Part shown: positions 49,481 through 62,365 of the stretch, piece after piece | Position numbering within the stretch: position 1 is the stretch's first letter | Layout of the letters: each line of letters begins with the position of its first letter | From: the human T2T-CHM13v2.0 reference genome, Homo sapiens | Reading direction: 5' to 3' (one strand) | DNA: 64,000 nt | Assembly (NCBI RefSeq): GCF_009914755.1 | Contig: NC_060942.1 | Notes under the pieces: model-generated | The model's database searches: none | Seen by the model: the letters and a program-made list of their open reading frames with translations, nothing else | Told to the model about the DNA's origin: nothing | Translations under genes and position numbers: made by a program

Positions 49481-51208
49481 GTGCTAGAAGAAACAAAGAG
49501 GCCCCAAGAGAAATTAAGGGAACCACTTACTGTATTTAGACAGACCCTGAACATCTGGAAGAAGAAGGTTTCAGCAGAGCAGTGAGAACTAGTCATTTAA
49601 GGGAAGACACCTAAAAAGCCATGTTTACTCAGAAAGTACTGTTTCCTTGTTTTAGATGGGAGAGATTTGACCTCCTTTATTAAGGAGAGGCCAATCAAGA
49701 AGGAGAAACTGAAGATACAGGATGTGGAATAATTAGTGGTGTGCGATCCAAATCTAACGTGAGCATCATGGATGACTTTAGGCATTTTAAGTCCTCTGAT
49801 GACCTATAATTTGACAACTAGAGGAAATCGACATAATCTGGATATGTGTACACGAACATTATAATGACTGGTATAGATACATATACATATACATACTTAC
49901 TGCAGATTACTGCAATTTGATTACTGCCCTTATTTAATTACTTATCTGATTACCAAAATTAACAATGGTCACCAAAAGACATTGGTATAGCAAATAGTAT
50001 TGTCACTAACAATTAATAAACTTGAGACCCAAGACCTTTTATTGTTTATCTAGAGGGCTATGGCTTATGTTGCTCCTTTTCAAAGAGTCTACATTTGCTT
50101 TTCCCTGTCAGCAATAGAGTGAAACTCTTTTTCAGAGGAAACACCAGCCAAATAATTTCTTTAGAAAATACAGTTCTAATTCCAAAATGTGACATAGTTA
50201 TCCTCATTAGACCTGACAGCTCCCGGGAAGACATTTTCTCAAATCTGCTCCCCGTCGGGCCTTGGTCAGGGGAAGGGTCTAGAACTGAATCCTGCTGTTA
50301 TGTAACCGCTGTGGTGGTGACCCTGGGGAATTGTGAATGAGGCACCCAGGGGGTCATCCCTCATTAGCTGGAGGACATGTTAAATTCGTCCAATTCCCTG
50401 TGGGCTGTTAATACTATTACTATGAATGCTTACCCAATATGGGCTTTAGAAGATGGCACAGGTTAAGTATTCTGCAAACCTGGCAGGGAGGGGACGGTTA
50501 TTAGGAACCCACTAGAGTCCCAGTGACCCCTGCTTTCTGTCTTGTGCCGTTTTCTTTGTCAGACAGTCTGTTCAGTTCTAAAGTCTACCACCAGGAATCT
50601 GATGCCCAGTTTAGAGGGATATGAGGAGAAGGGGGCACGAAAAAGTCCTGGATGAAGAGTAAGGAGGCTTGAGTCTCCATTTGTCACAGCAAGCTTTGTG
50701 ACCTTCGGAACGTCCCTACATTTACATGATCCTTATGGTTATGTATTGAGTGCACACATATGGTATGTGCTTTTCCGGATGTAAAAAAATAAGTCTATTG
50801 AAAAGAGAAACAGCACTCAGACACTGGTGTCGAGGAGCCAAAGTACTGTGGTCATCCAGGAACCTGAACCTGTTCTAGGAAAAGAACTTAGAAGGTTGGA
50901 GGGAAGTGATGGTTGGCATGTTCCTCAGATGACCTTGGAAGCCAAGCCCCAAAGAGGGGACTTATAAGGACTTGGGAATCTGTTGCTCTGTTTCCCTCCG
51001 AATACAGCAGTTCCTTTGGTTCAGCCCTCGGTCAGCCCTCCCCTGGCCTCAGTAAGAGCCAGCACTGGCAGGCCTGCCTCTCCTCTCCTTCCCTCCAGTT
51101 CTTTGGACAGAGCACCATGCCTTGGGCTTGTCAATCACATCTCTTAGTGACCCAGATGGGCACTGTCTGGCCTTCCAGGGTCTCCTTGCTCCTTAATGAA
51201 GCATCTAG

Positions 51209-51580
<372 letters not shown>

Positions 51581-51799
51581 TCTCTCTAAGGATGGCTTTC
51601 TAAAGGTTCCATTACGGAGTTTCCTCTGCGTAATCAGAGACAGACTTTAGGTACCTACAGTTCAATAACAACCAGCAGCTAAGCCACTGGGTAAGTTGGC
51701 TGAATTCAGTATTAGAATAAAAAGCATGGCACTGGAGGCCTGGGGCATGATTCTGCCCCCCATAAGCTTCATTTATTCAGTCATCTCTCAAGGCCGAAG

Positions 51800-52470
51800 A
51801 TTCCAATTCCTTCAGCCCGCCCTCGATTGCTGTCGTTTCAGAATCTCTCTGCAGCCTGGTCACTGCGGAGACAGCGGAAACTCGGCTGTTTGCGAGCTCC
51901 CTCTCCCGTTATGCCATGGGAGGATAGAAAACGCACGATCTCGTCCTTAATAACAAAATAGTAAGGCTTTTTTTTTTTCCTTTTCTTTCTTTCTTTGTTG
52001 TTGTTTTGTTTTCCCCCCCATCCCATCCAATGACCTATCAAGACTTTTTTTTTTTTTTTTTTTAAGTCACCTCTAGAAATTGGTTTCTGCCCCTCCCTGG
52101 TCCTGCCACCACCCGCAGCCCGGGTTCCGCCTCCCGCGGGTGCCAGTGGCCGCGGCGCTAGGAACACCAGGGGGCGCCGGCGTCGAGGATTCGGGGCCCG
52201 CGCTGGCGACCGCTGCGCCCTCCTTGCTCCAGCCAGGATCTGGCTTGGACGGGAGCGGCTGTTCTGCATAGCCTGGGCAGACGTTAGCCTGGGAAACGTG
52301 TCTGTCCCCCGCAGCCTCTTTTTCGCCACATGGGCCATCGAAGGGTCCCTGTACCCAGAGCCTCGTCAGTGCGGGGACGCGGGCGGGAGGGTAACGTGCG
52401 ACAAGTGACAGCGCGGGAGGCAGAGGAGGCGCCCAAGGGTGGGGCTGGTTTGCAAGCGCAAAGTGTTGCA
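51800..52470. promoter_or_regulatory. Orphan intronic CpG island in CPLX4 intron 2 with CTCF-like motif
   Basis: Dense CpG at 52110-52430 in otherwise AT-rich intron. ACACCAGGGGGCGC at 52164-52177, GC box gggcgg at 52381. Confidence 0.7.
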
Positions 52471-52539
52471 CTGGGGTAGGGGAAGTTAGCCACAGCTGGT
52501 GATAACTGGACTAAGTGGAATACGATCCAGCTGATTTTT

Positions 52540-52604
52540 TAAACTTTTAAATTTTAGTTTTTAAACTGCTCCTTGCAGAGCAGGGCAGTCTGCCCAGAGT
52601 AGCC
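52540..52604 (-). mobile_element. Ultra-short retroposed insert (40-nt body plus A-rich tail, TSD aaaaatc)
   Basis: Minus strand reads aaaaatc|ggctactctgggcagactgccctgctctgcaaggagcagt|ttaaaaactaaaatttaaaagttta|aaaaatc. Confidence 0.6.
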
Positions 52605-53044
52605 GATTTTTCTTATCATATAGTTTTATTAGGTGCTATTTTTATAGCTAGCTACACGGGATTAGAATTTCCATGTGCTTTACAAAAAGCAGGCAATTGT
52701 ATTATTGGTATTTGTAGTATCTTCCATACCATAGGCACGGTTTTGAAACATTGTGTGTAGAATCCATTGTTACAAATGCAACCAAATATAAAAACGCCCT
52801 TGGAGGAGGGGGTCCCCACCTGGAAGTAAACTGCAATGAATGATGGTGTGTACAATGTTCTCAAGTGAAATTCTTATCTGTTTGTTTGGATTGTATTTGG
52901 AATTTAGACAGCTACTTGCAGATCTAGGGTCAAACCGTTAGACAACACAGGAGAAATAATATGCTCCCATTTTTTTAAGCCACGTGGAATTCAAAACTGC
53001 CCTAAAATTTTGGGGAACAGCTCAAAATATTAAGAGTAGAAAGA

Positions 53045-53484
<440 letters not shown>

Positions 53485-54452
53485 TTATTGCAAAGCTACT
53501 TAACCCTCCTGGGCTGCAGTTATCTCAGGTGTAAAATGACGCAGTGGTATGAGATTATTAGATGAGCTTTATGGTCTCTTTCATGGTCTATGAGAAAATC
53601 AGGTGGGGTCTCAAATGCATTATGCATTTGAAACAGCTGTAGAAAAGGGGCTATATGAACATCAGTAAGCCATGCAATGAAAGACACTGGTGGGCTCTAC
53701 TGTTATTTATCAACATCCTTCATGTCGGTCCCTCCCCCTAGCTGGCTTTAGAGAGCAGTAGCCTATGCAGGTATAGCCACAATCATTCTCCAGAGAGGAC
53801 CTGGATTTGTGCATTTCATGGCTATCATTTTTTCCTCTTTCCATAGTTTCTGTTGGAAAGGCTCTTGTTTCAAAAGATACCCTGGCACAGAGATTTAAGA
53901 ATTATTTTTCTTGGAAGAGTACTTAAACCTTACTGCTAAGCCTAAGGGTGTTCACCCCTGAAGATCTGGAAGTCAGCAAGACTGCTGATTTACCATTAGT
54001 GGAGAAACAGATAAAAGGCTTGGGGCCTTGAGGCTCAGGAACCTCCATTGTTGCATTGATTACACACCTAAGGACTGGCGGTCCTCAAGACCCCTGGTTG
54101 TTATTATCAGGAAATAAGACTTTTGTGCCCAGAGATCATAATGTCAATAATAAGAGCTCTATTGTCAGGCGTTGTACTAGGTCCTTTATATTACATTATC
54201 TCAGACAAAGATCCTATGAAGTTAGGTACTTCAGCCCTCATTTTATAGATGAGGATACTGAGGCTCAGATTTTTTTTTCTATTGCTGCTGCATAAATTAA
54301 GAGACTCAGATATTTTTAAAAACCATGTGATATTGCATCACAGAGCTACAACGGAACCCCAATTCTCCCTAGATCCCTACAGAAGAATAACAGTTGCCAA
54401 AAATAAATCTGTAAAAAGCCCTACATTCTGGACGATGCACACCCAGCCAATC

Positions 54453-54479
54453 GTGTGTGTGTGTGTGTGTGTGTGTGTG
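54453..54479. repeat. (TG)n microsatellite
   Basis: Read directly from the sequence. Confidence 0.95.
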
Positions 54480-55872
54480 AAATTTCTGCTTCATCCCAAC
54501 AAGTTGATGATGCTTTAATCAGATGGCCCAAGAGCAGAGGCCAGGGGCTTCAGTGCAGTAGCATGAATCCGACTCAATCTTCCTGCCTAGGGCGAGACCA
54601 CATTGCTAAAGTGAGCCAATGACATCCAGGGAGTTTCAGGAAATTCACCAGACAATGAAAGTGGAAAGGACAGTGTTTAGAAGTGCTTCACTCTTCCAAA
54701 ATGCAAGCACAGTGAGGAAAAGTTATTAAACCTGAACGGGGCTGGGGGTAGGAAAAGCAAGGCATTCTTTTCCAAGTTCATTGGTTGTGAATGAAATGAG
54801 CTTACATTTTATTGTGGGTTTTCCTTCCCTTATTAAGAACAGAACCCAGGTTCCTTGGGCACCTTAGGGATCAACCTCTACCATGTTTAAGTCTTTGGTG
54901 ATTTCATCAGTGACCTTGCATAGACAGTGGCTTCTCCCTTGTCTAGTGCTTGTAGTTTCTAAAATCAGCTTTTTCTGGGATCTGCTGGGGATCCATGGAA
55001 GGAATTGGTTTAGCAGCACTTTCTAGACCACCCAGACTTGGAGATGGCTCTCATACTTGGGATCATGCCCTTTGGAGGGATCTTTTACTTTGGCTTCTCC
55101 AGATGGAAGATGTTCTTTAAGGGATGGCGCATCTTTGGAATATGAAATTGAATAACCAGCTCAGAAGGTGAAGGTGGAGTCATTTAGTCAGGTAGACAGG
55201 TAGTGAAGGTGGAGTCAGGTGGTATGAGTCAGAGTAGCAAAGTGATGGGCCCTCTGTCACTACTGGATGCAAGCCCTGGAATAGTACCTCCAAGACGTGT
55301 TCCACAACATGTCAACGCATTCCCTTCCCACCAGGAGACCAACGACTCACTCGACCACAGCCTACAGCAGTCACCCTCAGCCAGTGCTGAGATGCATAAG
55401 ATGGTGCTAGGTGATGACTGTCACTACTACATTATTCCCCAAACCAGCAAGCGATGGTTCCTTTTAAATAGAGGTGGAATATCATAGAAATCAGGACCGT
55501 GGGCTCTATCTTTCCTGGCTATCTGGCCCATGGCAGGAGGGTACCTACTTTCTTCATGCCTGTGTTTCCTCTATGATAAGACAGAGATGATAATAGAACC
55601 TAAATGACTTAATACATGCCAAGGTACTGTACCTGGTACCTAGAAAGAGCTCAACCAATGTGAGCTATGATTATTGTCCTTGTTGTGTATTTACATAGAG
55701 AAGTTCTAGAACCTTTAGATAAGTTTACATTAAAATGTCATCTATAGGTATTAACTCCAGTTTTTTTTAGCAACAGTGGAAGTTCATAGAGGTTAAGTTA
55801 AAAACTGGAATCAAGTTTTTATGAACTCCTAGTTCAGTGCTCTTTTCACTATATCAAACATTTCAGTTATGA

Positions 55873-56088
55873 TTAGGATATACGTGTGTGCATATATATA
55901 TATATATCCTGAATATGTGTGTGTGTATATATATATATATATCTCCTGAATATATATATATCCTGAATATGTGTATATATATATCCTGAATATATATATA
56001 TCCTGAATATGTATATACATATCCTGAATATATATATTTTTATATATATATATATCTTGAATATATATATATATATTCATATTCAGGA
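55873..56088. repeat. AT-rich minisatellite, unit (TA)n-TCCTGAATAT
   Basis: Six TCCTGAATAT and one TCTTGAATAT units separated by (TA)/(TG) runs. Inverted copy ATATTCAGGA at 56079-56088. Confidence 0.9.
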
Positions 56089-56171
56089 ACATGATCCTTT
56101 GTGGATAATCAACCATGACTTCCCATTTATCATTAATTAAGAAATGATTAGATGTTTCCAGAGTGTCTTAC

Positions 56172-56259
56172 CTTTGGGAGCCTGTATTTTTCTCTGAGAT
56201 GAACTCTGAGGCATGCCCTTTCTGCCTTTTTCTGTGTAAATGCAGCATCTCTTTCCATC
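56172..56259 (-). CDS. CPLX4: CPLX4 exon 2 ((K)[34 protein letters not shown]-binding central helix)
   Basis: Acceptor ctttaacttttag|G ATG, donor AAG|gtaaga, 88 nt. Phases match exons 1 and 3. Too short to appear in the ORF track. Confidence 0.96.
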
Positions 56260-56529
56260 CTAAAAGTTAAAGAATAAAGGATCAGAAGGATACAGAGAGC
56301 TAAGGACATTCCTGCCCGTGCTCAGAGGAGCCAGACACAGGGTTACACCTTCTGAGATGCCACTGCTGGCAGACACTTGGGAACTATGGGATTTTTTTCC
56401 TAGGTCCCCAAACGTCTGCCTCTCTGTTTGTTACTCTACTGTCATAACTTTCAGTATATACCTCTAAGTCTCAAAGACAATTTGGTCCTAGGAATCTCTG
56501 TGTGATGCGAACCAGGAGATTTTTCCTAA

Positions 56530-56750
56530 CATGGAGTTTTCCGTGGACTGTTCAGCCAGGGACCATGAGCCTCAGAATCACTTGGTGCACCTATGACAAA
56601 TGCAGCTTCCTGGGCCTGATCCTAGCCCTGCTGCATCAGAATCTCTGGGTGCAGGGGAGGGGAAGCTACATTTTTAGCAAGCTCCCCGAGTGATTCTTAC
56701 GCAAACTAAAATAGGGCCACAGTGTCCAGAACCAGGCAGTTCTTTGAAGA
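56530..56750. mobile_element. MER5A
   Basis: cagaatcacttgg..., gcatcagaatctctgggtgcaggg..., ttttagcaagctccccgagtgattct. Confidence 0.7.
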
Positions 56751-57749
56751 CCGTTGTTGTTGGGGGATATAATATAAACCTGTCTCCCTTCATTGTTACT
56801 CTCTCCAGACCCCAATTTAGGCACGGTATTTTCTTCCCAGTTTGGAAGGAGGTAGCCCCAAACAAGGCAGGGTATGTTTCCAGAATGTCAGACTGGGGTC
56901 CTGCTGTGTGAATGATCTAATTGAACTCATGATGTTGCTGGTTTGAAATGGACGTTCTTGCTAATGATGATTCAGACAAAAGCAGACACCTTTGGGAATG
57001 TCTGCAAGGCTCACAAGCACCACCACCCGTCCCTGCTGCCCACAGAAGTCCTTTATTGGTAGCTGAATTTATATACATGGCCCTGCCCTCTGGCTATATT
57101 GGGTTAGACCAAGCTCCGTAAATGAAATCTCTTTGAAAATTTGGGAATGGTACTAAGAATGACAGACACTTGCAGTGTGGCTGTCAAAATAACAGATGAA
57201 CTTGGTAGCCATTGGCTGTCATTTTCCACTAACCTTGTAGTCTGGCTGCTGAGGAAGAACAAAGCAGCCATGCCCAGATAGAAGCAATGGTAAGAGATAG
57301 GGAAAGAGTGCTCGTGGCCTCTCAACAGCCTTCTGCTTTCTGGTTTAGGCCCACGTGAGGCCTGATGGGAATTCTACTTGTGGATCTGGTGAACTATCTT
57401 TGCATAAAGCATTATCTGCTTAAAACAAATCCCCTGTTTTCATTTTCAGGCGAAAACTGGTTTCTATGTCTTGACTCCGAGTTTGTAAATAATCTTAACC
57501 ATTATACAAAAAAACTGAGTGTTAAGGAAGGAGCTGCAGCAAATGATCAGTTTAAACTGATCAAAGGCCCTGGGCTCAGGTGCTCTCTGAACTCATTTCC
57601 ATCCACAGAATGTCAGGTCTGGAACGGGCATGAGAGAACATCGGGTTCAACCTTCTAGTTTTGGAGAGGGACATCGAATAAAGTGACCTGTCCAGGAGAT
57701 TAGCGACCTGCGGCATGGACAAGCAGCAGACCTTTTCTCCCCATGTTTT

Positions 57750-59330
57750 ACTGTAAAAACTTCCAAACATACAGAAACGTTGAAAGAATTTTGATATCAA
57801 ATCCATCTAGATTCTACAATTGGCATCTCACTGTACTTTTTTTTTTATCACACCTATTCCTCTCTTTATCCACATTTTACTTTTTTGATACATTTCGAAG
57901 TTGCAGAAATCAGTAACATTTCCCCCAAACTCTTCAATATGCATGTCATTAACTAGCGTGACATGTTTGTTTATAGTTTCTCTTTTCTTCTTGTGAAGCA
58001 AAATTTGTATCCAATGCAATGCACAAACCTCTGAAGCACACCATTCAATGATTCCCCAAAAAGCACACACCTGTGTAACCCAAAAACCCTCTCAAGATAG
58101 AAAACATTACTCTCACCTGGGAAAATTCCCCCATCCCCATTCCTGATCAAGGCCTACCCCCTAGCCCTAGAGGCAACCACCACGCCTTTTCTACCATAGA
58201 TTGGTTTTGCCTGTTCTAGAACTTCATAAAATGGAACCATACAGTTCATCTTTGTGTAAGGCTTCTTTCACTCAGCATAAAATACTTTCGAGATTTAACC
58301 TTGTTGTTTTATGTACTAGTAGCTGGTTCCTTTTTATTGCTGAGTAGTAAGTATTCTATTGTTTGCGCAAATACAATCACCATTTGTCTAGTCATTTTTC
58401 TGTTAATGAACACCTGAATTGTTCCCCATTTGGGGTGACAGTAAGTAAAGCTGCTAAGAATATTGTTCTAGATTTTTTTGTGGACATATATTTTAATTTC
58501 TACTGGGTAAATAACTAGGCATGGAATTTGCTGGGTTCTACGGTAACTTACTGGGATGCATTTAGTTTTATAAGAAACAGCACGACCTTTCTCCAAAATG
58601 GTCATACTAGTTTATGCTTCAACAATTGAAACAAGAGTTCTAGTGGTTTCACATTTTGGCCAATATTTAACATTTTTTGTCTTTTTGATTTTAGCCATAC
58701 TGGTGTTTATGGAGTGCTACTTTACTGTGATTTTAATTTTTTCCATTTCCAAGACAGCTAATGATATTAAGCAGCTTTTCATGTAATTTCCAGTAAGATT
58801 TTCATGTACTAATTGGCCATGTATCTATCTTTCTGAAGTATTTCTTCAAATCTTTTGCCCATTGTTTTTGCTTTCATTATTGAGTTATAGGAGTTCTTCA
58901 TATTTCCTAGATTCCAGTCCTTTGTCAGATATATTTTCCAAATATATCCTCTCAGTCTGGCTTGCCCATTTATTTTCTAAATGGCATCTTTTAACGTATA
59001 AAAGTTTTTAACTTAGAGTTGAATTTATCATTTAATAATTTTATGGTCATTGATATGGTCATTGCCAATCTGGGTCATGATACAGAAATCTTCATCTACT
59101 TTCAAGTTGCAAAGATATTCTCCTACTTTTTTTTCTAAAAGCTTTATAATTTTGGCTTTTATGTTTACGTGTATGATGCATGACAAATTAATTTTTGTGT
59201 ATAGTGTTAAGTAGGGGTCAAAGTTCAATGTTTTTCAGTTGTTTAGCACCATTTGTTGAAAAGACTTTCCGTTCCTGGTCTGATTATTTTGGCGCTTTTG
59301 TTGAAAATCAAATAACTATAAACCCCATTG
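57750..59330 (-). mobile_element. Old L1M (L1MC/ME-like) 3' portion
   Basis: L1M 3'UTR plus diverged ORF2 (ORF 59028-59228: DPYLTLYTKIN...IKLLEKK). Confidence 0.75.
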
Positions 59331-61782
59331 ATCGATTTGTTGATACTAATGCCACGCAGAGTTACATTCCAGTCCTCCAGAGCCAGTCTACAAATCACGC
59401 AGAAAAGCTGGTTGCTCTGTTTATAGTCACATGCAGCTAGCTAGTCTCCCCCCACCAAGTAAAGTGTAAATTCCTGCAGAAGAAAACCCATCTCTTCCAT
59501 TTCAGTACATTCCTCACAATGCTATGCTCATACTAGGGGTCCAAACAATTACTGAATAAAACAAAGGTCAGAGTCAAGTTACAAATGATATTGTAGAAAC
59601 TGTTGAAGCATAACTATGGCAAAGAAGCATTTTAATATAATTGAGAAAATGGCGGGAGAAACAGACTATTGTTTTATTTCCTTTCCAGATAGTCTATTTA
59701 TGTTTAGACCTCTTTCAGTACTAATGTTACCAGTGGTGCGTGCGCACACACACACACACACATTGAACACAGAAAGAAAATAAAAATGAATGTGCATTAT
59801 TAAATAGAGTGCATTGCTAAATAGTTTTTTATTTATAATTCATATAGTCTCCCCACTTCCTACAATGATGAGGATGGGTTTAGGAGGCTTTCATTTGCTA
59901 ACATTGATTTTAATTATTATATATACTAAACTGTTTGTAGCTCTCTCTGCGTTTATCTTGTGATGAATTATTTTTAATGCCTACTACATATTGCATTCTA
60001 GGTGGTGAAATTCTTGAAAACTCAAACAATGGACTGAAAGTCATCCCTCTTTATCATAGGGAAGCCAAATGCTCCATTGTCCTGACACTATTTCTTACAT
60101 TGAGTGACTACATAAATATATAATATTCTCACACACATATGCAAAAAGCTGAGTAGCTGACAACTCAGTCTGCTGATTGACTGTATGATTTGGCCATTTT
60201 GAGCTTTGATCTGTCCAGATATAAAATTAAGGAAAACTAGGACATTAGTTAATCAAATAGATGCCTTATCTGCAATCGGATCTGCTGCTTGAACATATTA
60301 GGTGATATTTTGCATGCTCACAACTGTAGTCTACATTTCTGTTTTCATTAGCCTACTTGATCTGAGAATGTTTGATGCTGATTTTTGTCTTCTATCCTTC
60401 ATTACACAGTACTTATTTTGCTTTTAAGCTTTTTGTTCTTTTGCATGCCATAGGTAAAATCAGCCAATATTCAAGGAATGCTGCTTCTTTTGCCCAAGTC
60501 TTAGCACCATCATTTTTGCTAGTTGCATTGACTGTTTTTTAAAAACCAACTTTAAGTTACTGCAGAACCAAGCATAATGTATTCTAGGTAGTCTATAAGC
60601 CATGATTTCTTTCAGAAAAATACAATAGACAAGGTTTCCACTAAACGTAGTCTTTGTACTTTCTTTGTTTCCTCCAGGTCATTAACCTTTTCACCTATAA
60701 TCATCTTAGCGATAGGATTTAGGCAACTATTATGTAATTGATCATTAGCAAAAGAGTCCTGGTGGCAAAAAAGAAATACTTTTCTTTTGAAACATATGAT
60801 AAACATTTAACCTCTAGATTGATGTTTCATTTCTTAACTGATTATTAAAAGAATCTTAATTCTACCTTAAACATTTAAAAATTACACAGAGATTACATTT
60901 ATTTCAGAATCAGTCTTCAAGTGGTGAAAAGTTGTTGGTGATATTCACATTCTATAATACCCAATTAAATGTTGCTTATATTTTATATTTTATTTTTGTT
61001 ATATTTTATATAGCCAAGAAAATGCCTTTATTTTTTGGAGGAAGGTGGCTGAAGTATTTGGGGGTGAAGTACATGACATCTGTAATTTACTTTAAAAGCT
61101 ATTATCTACCATCTATCTTTTTAATCTTTAAGCAAATGTAGCAAACTGTAAGCTGTTGATTTTATGTCATAGGTATATGTGGGTATTTGTCCTACTATTC
61201 TACTTTTCTGTATGTTTAGAATTTCCATATTAAACAGTCCACAAATCCATTCATAGTCTTTGATAAGCCAAGTCTTATGACATAATTGTCATGTTATGCT
61301 TCCTGGGTTTTTTTTTTTTTTCTCACATGCAAGATCAAAGAAGCTGCCCTCTATGTTATTTTAGGCCCTTTTCTAGGTATAAGGTCTGAATTCTTACAAT
61401 TTGAAGACTTTCTACGTGCTAAGAGGGTGAAGTTTAGAAAGAATGTAAAGATAGTTAAACCTACCACTTTTCATCTAAATAATTAAATTGAGGTCAATCA
61501 AAACATGCCTAGACCAGAAAGTGTTAAGCTGCTTTAAGAACAACATATAGATTCATTTATTATTGTTCATTTCCATTCATACATGTAGAACATAGAACAT
61601 AGTAGCTGCTGATGTTAGGGAACCGTTTACTTTAGAAGAACAACCTTTCCTTGGGTTAGAGGTAAACGGCAAAAGGAAAGGCATCTTAAAAAGCAAAGAG
61701 AAATAAACTGGAGAACTGAAGAAGGTATGGCCAGAATGAATTTCCTTTGCTTTTTAAGGGAAATGAAATAGCATGTACTCAC

Positions 61783-61949
61783 TTCTCCTCAATCATTTGC
61801 TTTTGATACTCCTCATACTCCTCTCTAGTCATCCCTTGAGCTGCTGCAGGATCAGATGCACCTCCTTCTTCTTTATTTTCTTCAGACCCACCACCAAATC
61901 CTAAATTCTTTACCTGGTTACTTATCATACTTTTCATAAGGAAAGCCAT
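61783..61949 (-). CDS. CPLX4: CPLX4 exon 1 CDS ([30 protein letters not shown]...EYQKQMIEE)
   Basis: ATG at 61949 in strong context (aaaATGG), donor AA|gtgagt, 167 nt. Confidence 0.97.
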
Positions 61950-62124
61950 TTTCTCTGCCCCAGAAAAATAAAACCAAAATTCAGACAAAAGCTGAAAAAA
62001 AAAATCCAAACAAACCCAAGAGAAAACCTCCAAATATTCTCAATGACAGCAATACATTTAAGAGCAAAGGACTTTGCACAACCTCATCTATTCAAGGGCA
62101 TACTGATAGAGAAGAGTGGTTTGT

Positions 62125-62365
62125 CGGCCGTAAGCTGGATTAAAGTGGTGAACTCCTTAGTATATAGAGGCAGATGGTTCAGATTACCGAAGCATACAAT
62201 CAGAGGCAACTGCCTACCTTCTGAATTAATACACTCAGCTAATTTCACAGGAAAAAGAAATCCCCACATCATCTACCCCTTTCTAAATTTTTAATTATAA
62301 GCACAGCAGGGCTTCATCAAGAGTCCTGTTTCAATTAAATTAATCAGAGCTGACTGATTATATAG
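62125..62365 (-). promoter_or_regulatory. CPLX4 proximal promoter (TATA-like element plus CRX/OTX-type sites)
   Basis: TATATA 62161-62166, GGATTA 62137-62142, E-box CAGATG 62171-62176, AGATTA 62181-62186, and TAAT clusters at ~62225, ~62240 and ~62333-62360. Confidence 0.6.

Noticed and set aside
51838-52493. ORFs of 69-166 aa across the intronic CpG island
   Set aside because: They cross poly-T tracts (poly-Lys) and show no protein-family features.
61950-62033. Upstream in-frame extension of the CPLX4 exon-1 ORF (MEVFSWV...)
   Set aside because: Begins at TTG. The true start is the strong-context ATG at 61949, which matches the complexin N-terminus.
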